DNA from: a virus
IMG/VR virus record: IMGVR_UViG_3300020160_000289
Coordinates: 1 to 64,000 of that record
Direction: 5' to 3' (one strand)
DNA: 64,000 nucleotides
The notes below the pieces were generated by a model. It was not told the DNA's origin, did no database searches, and saw only the letters and a program-made list of their open reading frames with translations. The translations under genes and the position numbers were made by a program. Positions 58,399 through 64,000 of the stretch are shown piece after piece (positions within the stretch are counted from its first letter, which is position 1; every line of letters starts with the position of its first letter).

Positions 58399-59499
58399 TT
58401 ATTTTAGTCCCGCTAATTTGCGGATATCTAAAATATTATCTGAGCCTACCTGTGGCTGTTTGTTTTCACGATCTCCAGTTACAACTGCGCTTTCAGATAG
58501 CATTTCTGGGGCTTTCGCCTTTACTGCTTTCTTCATACCGCCTTCCATAACTGCTGGTAGGTATTTGTCAAATGCTTCATTCAGTTTTGCAGTCTGTACA
58601 GACTCTAGCAATTCTTTCATGATTCCCTTTTTGTCAGCACTTAGTGGTGCTAACAATTCCGCCATTACTTCTTTGCGATTAGCAACGTCATGAGCAACGC
58701 GGATTTCGCGGTCTTTAGACTCTACTAATTTTGCCTTTTCAGTAACAACAGATCTTGCTTCAGCTAGCTCTAGCTCTTTCTTTTCGATAACCTTTAACAG
58801 TTTTGATGTTTCAGATTTTTCGTTCAAGTAGCTTGTGCTGAACTCTTGAGCAAACGCTTCAAATAAACGACGACCGAATGAGTTTTCACGAGCTGAGTCG
58901 ATGTCTTCCTTGAGCTGTTTCATCTCTTTGGTCAATGTCTTCTTAACTGTTTCTTCAACAATTCCGGCGCTACGTTTAATAAACTTAGCTCTAACTTCTT
59001 CAAATTTGCCTTTAGCTTCGCGGACTAGACGAACTTTAGCTTCAGCTAAATCGCGCTTGTCTACAGCAAACTCGTTTATTTCTCTTGCTAGAGCAGTTAC
59101 AATGAACTGTTCTAACTTAGCAAAATTCTCACTAACTTTCTTACGATCGCTTTGGAACTCTACCATTTCCTTACCTAGCTGTTTTAGAATAAATGATTCC
59201 ATAACTTTGGCATCACTACCCATCTTGCGTTGATAAGCAACCTTAGCTTCCGCTAATGCTTTTTTATCTTCAGCAAGTTCAGCCATTTCAACGGCCAATC
59301 TCTCACCGACCATCTTGTCAAGTGCTTCAACCATTACGCTCTTATCATGAGAATAACGTTGAGCAAACTCTTCACGAAGTTCAGCAGTGACTTGGTCGCG
59401 ATTCTCTTGAATCTTCTGATTTAAAGCAGATTCAATCATAGACTTATCGTCTTCTGACATCATGCCACTTTCGACCAGCTTATTGAATGCGTCCAACAT
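58399..59499 (-). CDS. gp22: Prohead core scaffolding protein (gp22)
   Basis: Coiled-coil, between protease and capsid genes. Confidence 0.8.
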   Translation of the reverse strand: MLDAFNKLVESGMMSEDDKSMIESALNQKIQENRDQVTAELREEFAQRYSHDKSVMVEALDKMVGERLAVEMAELAEDKKALAEAKVAYQRKMGSDAKVMESFILKQLGKEMVEFQSDRKKVSENFAKLEQFIVTALAREINEFAVDKRDLAEAKVRLVREAKGKFEEVRAKFIKRSAGIVEETVKKTLTKEMKQLKEDIDSARENSFGRRLFEAFAQEFSTSYLNEKSETSKLLKVIEKKELELAEARSVVTEKAKLVESKDREIRVAHDVANRKEVMAELLAPLSADKKGIMKELLESVQTAKLNEAFDKYLPAVMEGGMKKAVKAKAPEMLSESAVVTGDRENKQPQVGSDNILDIRKLAGLK

Positions 59500-59511
59500 C
59501 GCTTTGTCTCC

Positions 59512-60144
59512 TTAGGGTTTTAACCCATTAATAATATTAAGCATCGCCTCGCGGAGATACTTCTGGGCCTTTGGATCTTGTTTTACCTCTTGCGCCACCC
59601 TAAACGCTCTACTACCGCCTCTCATATTCATAAGATGCTCGTAGACTGGTGTAGGATAAGCTCCTGGCGCACTTGGCTGGGCAACAATGTCGACTGTGAT
59701 AATCTCAAATTCGGATACTTTACCGCTAGCCTCGTCAACGTTTCCGCTGCCTCGACTGCTGACGCCAAGTTTTACACCGGCTTCAAGCATAGTACGAACT
59801 AAATTGCCCATCGGAGTAGGAAGGACTTTCATCTTTCCATAACCATTAGGACCGTCCATCCACATATCTGTTATCATGTGTGACACACGGTCTAAATTTA
59901 CTTTTAAGTCATCTGGATGATCAACTTCGCCTAGAACACTATAACCATTTTGAATCTGGTCATTTAAAGTTTTAACGGCATTTGTAATTTCATCTACAGG
60001 ATACACACGCTGGTTAGCATTGCGTATACCGCCTTGGATAGCAATACCTTTTAGAAAAAGGTTCTTGCCATCTTTGTCGTCAGATTCTAAAACTACTCTA
60101 GCTTGATCAAAACTTAAATGTTCTCTTAGGTATGATAATTTCAT
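59512..60144 (-). CDS. gp21: Prohead protease (gp21)
   Basis: NANQRVYP, LGEVDHP, GVSSRGSG, DIVAQPSAPGA. Confidence 0.95.
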   Translation of the reverse strand: MKLSYLREHLSFDQARVVLESDDKDGKNLFLKGIAIQGGIRNANQRVYPVDEITNAVKTLNDQIQNGYSVLGEVDHPDDLKVNLDRVSHMITDMWMDGPNGYGKMKVLPTPMGNLVRTMLEAGVKLGVSSRGSGNVDEASGKVSEFEIITVDIVAQPSAPGAYPTPVYEHLMNMRGGSRAFRVAQEVKQDPKAQKYLREAMLNIINGLKP

Positions 60145-60157
60145 CCCGATTTCCTAA

Positions 60158-61183
60158 TTAAGCGTTACGATTAGGAGCACCATTTAATGGGCTCTTTACA
60201 ACACCAACGCTTGTCTGTCCTGCTTTGTCACCTGATCCAGAACCAACTGGGCCTGCTGACTTGTTATTACCTGGATATCCAGAGCCTTGCTTGCTTGTAG
60301 CAGAACCGCTCTTCATGCTTGAGGAAGAACTGCTAGAGATGTTCTTTTCAACACCTTTAGTGAATTCACCTTTTGTAGCGCCTAAAAGACCACGTGAGCC
60401 TTTGTCAGCGTTAGGGCTTGTACCAGTATTGCTACTAGTGTCAGCACCTTTACCACCTAGGATATTGTGTGCTGATGCGCCTGTAGTAGGCTTGCCTTTA
60501 CCAGAACTTACTGGGCTTTTTGTATCAGATACAGAAGTTTGACCAGCCATTTCGCCTTTACCAGAACCTACTGGACCTGGAGTCTTCATGCTGTTCTTTT
60601 CCCAGTCGTTACCTACTTTTTCACGGTATTCACGAGTCATTTGACGTGATTCAAATTGACCCATACCCATGGATTCGTCTTCATCTTCTTCGTCTGCTTC
60701 TTCGTCATCAGCTTCTTCGCCGTCTTCTTCGCCGCCAAAATCAGGATCTTCTTCACCATCATTGTGCTCTGGCTCATTTTGTTCATCAGCCATTAGTGCT
60801 TCAAATTCAGCTTTTAGTTCTTCTAGAGCATCCTCTAGATCGGAAATTCTTTCTTCTTCGGTTCCCTCAGCGTCATCACCGATATCGCCGGCCATGTCAC
60901 CTTCGTCACCCATATCGCCCATAGCGGAAGGGTCACTTAGATCGCCGACCATGTCGTCGGTTTCGTCGCCACCAATTTCTAGGGTAGTTTCTTCTTCGAT
61001 GGATTCATCATCTTCTTCATCAGAAGCTTCTTCCATTTCTTCCTCTTCCTTTGCTTCTTCAGCAATCATATTTTCGTATATTTCTCTAGACTTCTCAACA
61101 ACGATTTCATGGAACAATTCATTTGCCTTGTCCATTTCCTCGTTGACTAGAAGATCTAATAGTTGTTCAAACTTGTTAGACAT
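60158..61183 (-). CDS. Acidic prohead core-like protein
   Basis: Very D/E-rich N-half and G/S/K-rich C-half; position of T4 gp67/68 between portal and protease. Confidence 0.6.
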   Translation of the reverse strand: MSNKFEQLLDLLVNEEMDKANELFHEIVVEKSREIYENMIAEEAKEEEEMEEASDEEDDESIEEETTLEIGGDETDDMVGDLSDPSAMGDMGDEGDMAGDIGDDAEGTEEERISDLEDALEELKAEFEALMADEQNEPEHNDGEEDPDFGGEEDGEEADDEEADEEDEDESMGMGQFESRQMTREYREKVGNDWEKNSMKTPGPVGSGKGEMAGQTSVSDTKSPVSSGKGKPTTGASAHNILGGKGADTSSNTGTSPNADKGSRGLLGATKGEFTKGVEKNISSSSSSSMKSGSATSKQGSGYPGNNKSAGPVGSGSGDKAGQTSVGVVKSPLNGAPNRNA

Positions 61184-61364
61184 TGCGGTATTCTCCTTTA
61201 ATTAGATGCGGCAAGGCTGTCGATGTATTTACAGCCAAGATGTAATACTTATGTGAAATGGGTCGAAAACGGTCAATTCCGACAAAAGGTGACAGAGTTT
61301 TAACTCTTTTTTGATTTGTTTTGTAAAAATATTTAACGATTTATTAGAAAAATTAACTAATAAG

Positions 61365-61607
61365 TTATTGAGCCATCTCGGGAGGAGGCGGTGCGTACAT
61401 CACTTTTACAAACTCTAAATGTTCTTTTTGCTCTTTCTCTCGAGCATCTCCAGCTTTTCGTAAATCATTTAACATACGTAAAGTTAATCGTGTCTTACGT
61501 GTGTCTTTAGCACTTACAATAGATTTGTCGTCAAACGGATTGTACCTATCATCATTGTCTAGGGCACTTTCGGTTTCTTTAAAGTAAATAAATTCGTTTA
61601 GCAACAT
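61365..61607 (-). CDS. Small hypothetical protein
   Basis: 80 aa, DTRKTRLTL motif; TAAATA 5 nt upstream. Confidence 0.65.
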   Translation of the reverse strand: MLLNEFIYFKETESALDNDDRYNPFDDKSIVSAKDTRKTRLTLRMLNDLRKAGDAREKEQKEHLEFVKVMYAPPPPEMAQ

Positions 61608-61625
61608 ATCAATATTTATCCAAAT

Positions 61626-63332
61626 TTATGCCGTAGGAGCCGGTGCGCCGTTGCCCATATCAGTAGGTGCTCCGCCTGCCTCAGCGCCAGGTTCGGGAGC
61701 AAGTTCTCCTGCCTGTCCTAGATTTTCCATATCGCTCTGCATACCACCGCTAGTAACTCCGCCTGAACGTAGTTCTGAACTAGCACTTGGTGCTTTCATA
61801 CTTAAACCGTTTTCTTCTTTCCACATTTCTTCGTTTTCTGCCATTTCTTCTTGTGTTAGACCTAAGTAGCGTTTTAAAGCAAAGCGTTTGCTGATATGTG
61901 GAATAGTTACAATGGTTCCAAAGCTACTAATTCTAGCAGTATCCATTTCAGTTTGACGATATGCGGCAAAGTTTTGTGGAGGATTAAACTGTAATTCAAA
62001 TACATTAGGGTCAAAGTTAATGCCTTTGTCCTGTAGATATTCCTTGAATCCTACATCAAATTTCTCATTTAACAGGCTTTGTAATCGCTCGCAGTACTTG
62101 TTAAATCTTAATTCCTGTATGTAAGCAGTACCGACTCTGCCATCATTGAAACTGCTTCCTCCGTCATCTGGTCCAGTAGGTAAGTAGCTACTAGGAATAC
62201 GTAAAGCACGGAACAACTTGTTAGTAAAATAACGTAAATCATCAATTTCTCCTAGGTTAGTGCCACCTGGTAAAATTTCAACTTTACTGCCTCGACCTTC
62301 GCTTGTCTGTGGAAAAAAGTAGTCTTCGTTAATGCTTAACGGGTTGTAGCTACTGTCCACAACAGTTTGTCCACCTCCAGTAACTGAAGGAATTCGTCGC
62401 TGATTAACTTCGTTTTTAACACGCTCAACAAAAGACATAGCAAGGTGACTTGGCATATTACCAACGTCAATATAAAATACCCTTCGTTCTGGAGCACGTT
62501 GGACGCGGTAGATAATGATAGCATCTTCTAGTAATTCCTTTTGCTTGTAAACTTTAAAAATACTTTCTAAAAGACTGTTTCCAAAAGGAAAGTTATTGTC
62601 TAACCCTTCACTCATTGACAAATGAACTACGTGTTTAGCATCAATTGCCCATTGAGTTTGATTGACTCCAAACCTGTTTCCTACGTTTGTAGGATAGGAG
62701 CCTGTCATCGATCTGCCGGTGCCGCCAGAGGTACTAACGTTTCCATTAGGAGGCCCGCCGTTTGTAGCATTAGGTGCGATCTGTGTCACACTTAAATTTA
62801 AAAAATTAGGATTTAGATCACGGATTACATACTGTTCAGGATGCTTTCCATCGCTTTCATTGACGATAATCTTGTCAACTTTTTGCGGATCTACATAAAA
62901 CCAAGCCTGTGTTTCTGGGTCTCTAACAAAGAAACAATCGCCATATTTGAATGCGTTTCTTACAATTTTAAAGATGCGTGTTTGAAATTTATTAAGTTTT
63001 GTCCACTGCTGTAGATACTTTTTAATAACTTTTACTTCAGTAGGAGTAGCTTGATCTTTAAAGAAAATTTGGAACGGAGTACCGTTTTCTTCATTTAGTT
63101 GGCAACAAAACTCTGCTAAAATATCAAGAGCGGCATTTACTTCACTGTCGCTGTCCATGGTATCGTACTGCTGATATCGATCAAGACGATTTGGATGTCC
63201 TGAATAAACATCTGGTAGATAAGAACTATAATTAGATCGGCTACCTGTTGGGCGGTCAGCACCACCGCCACTTAATGGACTAAGTGCTCCTGAAGTATTT
63301 GCTACTGGTGTAAAGTATTTTTTCCAAGACAT
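61626..63332 (-). CDS. gp20: Portal protein (gp20)
   Basis: LLEDAIIIYRVQRAPERRVFYIDVGNMP, EDYFFP, LPGGTNLGEIDD. Confidence 0.96.
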   Translation of the reverse strand: MSWKKYFTPVANTSGALSPLSGGGADRPTGSRSNYSSYLPDVYSGHPNRLDRYQQYDTMDSDSEVNAALDILAEFCCQLNEENGTPFQIFFKDQATPTEVKVIKKYLQQWTKLNKFQTRIFKIVRNAFKYGDCFFVRDPETQAWFYVDPQKVDKIIVNESDGKHPEQYVIRDLNPNFLNLSVTQIAPNATNGGPPNGNVSTSGGTGRSMTGSYPTNVGNRFGVNQTQWAIDAKHVVHLSMSEGLDNNFPFGNSLLESIFKVYKQKELLEDAIIIYRVQRAPERRVFYIDVGNMPSHLAMSFVERVKNEVNQRRIPSVTGGGQTVVDSSYNPLSINEDYFFPQTSEGRGSKVEILPGGTNLGEIDDLRYFTNKLFRALRIPSSYLPTGPDDGGSSFNDGRVGTAYIQELRFNKYCERLQSLLNEKFDVGFKEYLQDKGINFDPNVFELQFNPPQNFAAYRQTEMDTARISSFGTIVTIPHISKRFALKRYLGLTQEEMAENEEMWKEENGLSMKAPSASSELRSGGVTSGGMQSDMENLGQAGELAPEPGAEAGGAPTDMGNGAPAPTA

Positions 63333-63333
63333 A

Positions 63334-64000
63334 TTATTGGTATAGGTTTCCGTTTAGCGATCTAGTTGCATCAAGCTGTCTTTCATCAAATTCAACAGCT
63401 CGCTTAATTAAGCCGAGCGTTTGTCTAGATATGTTATTTAACGTTTGCAGCTCTTCTAGCAATTTTTCACTGCCGCCTATACCTAGGGCACTGGCTGCTC
63501 CTTGTACACCTTGACGAGCATCTTGAACTAACGGATCGGCCGCCCTGGCTAGTTTTTGTCCAAATTCAGTTACTGCCTTAGTTGCGTCAGCCAAGGCCGC
63601 TTGTGGATTGTTTGCTACGTTTTGGATCTTAGTAGATACTTCGCTAGCAGATGGTAATCCGCTGATAAACTCTTTTATAGAACTTCGTGTTATGCCGCCT
63701 CCGCCTAACGGAACAACTGCTTCGTTGCCGTGTAATCGCACATCGTACCCAGTTTTTGGTCCATTAAAAACTCCGCCAGTGCGTGCAGCAGGAGGTACTT
63801 TCTTAGCTTCCTCGGCATCTTTTCTCTTTAGCTCTTCAACTTTTTTAGCTAGCGAACCCAACGTAACATCCTTGCCCTCTTTCATTAGGTCTTCTTGGGC
63901 TCGATTTCTGTACTGATTGTCATTCATCTTTTGCTGAGTTTGAGCAGCCGGTGCCCTAGCTTGAGGAGCAACAGCATTGCCTGCTGTACCCTTTCTAGCT
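63334..64000 (-). CDS. C-terminal part of a tape-measure-like/baseplate hub protein (runs in from outside window)
   Basis: Frame open to the window edge; ARTGGVFNGP..LHGNEAVVPL motif, Ala/Gln-rich helices. Confidence 0.5.
   Translation of the reverse strand, partial: ARKGTAGNAVAPQARAPAAQTQQKMNDNQYRNRAQEDLMKEGKDVTLGSLAKKVEELKRKDAEEAKKVPPAARTGGVFNGPKTGYDVRLHGNEAVVPLGGGGITRSSIKEFISGLPSASEVSTKIQNVANNPQAALADATKAVTEFGQKLARAADPLVQDARQGVQGAASALGIGGSEKLLEELQTLNNISRQTLGLIKRAVEFDERQLDATRSLNGNLYQ

Overview
This is an AT-rich fragment of a large T4-like (gp20/21/22/23-type) myovirus covering nearly the whole virion morphogenesis region, mostly on the minus strand. Read from the right end: a partial tape-measure-like gene, portal, prohead core, protease, scaffold and major capsid; about 37 kb of very large fibre/appendage genes; a small plus-strand island (gp14, gp15, NUDIX) divergent from gp13; dNMP kinase, an HNH-like ORF, an enlarged tail sheath, tail tube, gp4, terminase, gp32 and the start of uvsX. 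The most striking observation is in two paralogous giant virion proteins (39736..47070 and 47490..54062). Together they carry 18 tandem ~160-aa helical repeats with an invariant C-x-R-D-x-G motif. By eye these align with the bilin-binding Cys84 region and flanking helices of phycobiliproteins, suggesting a possible chromophore-decorated virion appendage. Other signals: late genes whose start codon lies exactly 5 nt after a TAAATA late promoter (leaderless mRNAs), structured 5' leaders, a collagen-like modular tail fibre with repeated junction sequences, and a shared 'DIRxLAGL' motif in head-associated proteins. All family assignments are from motif recognition only; no database searches were run.
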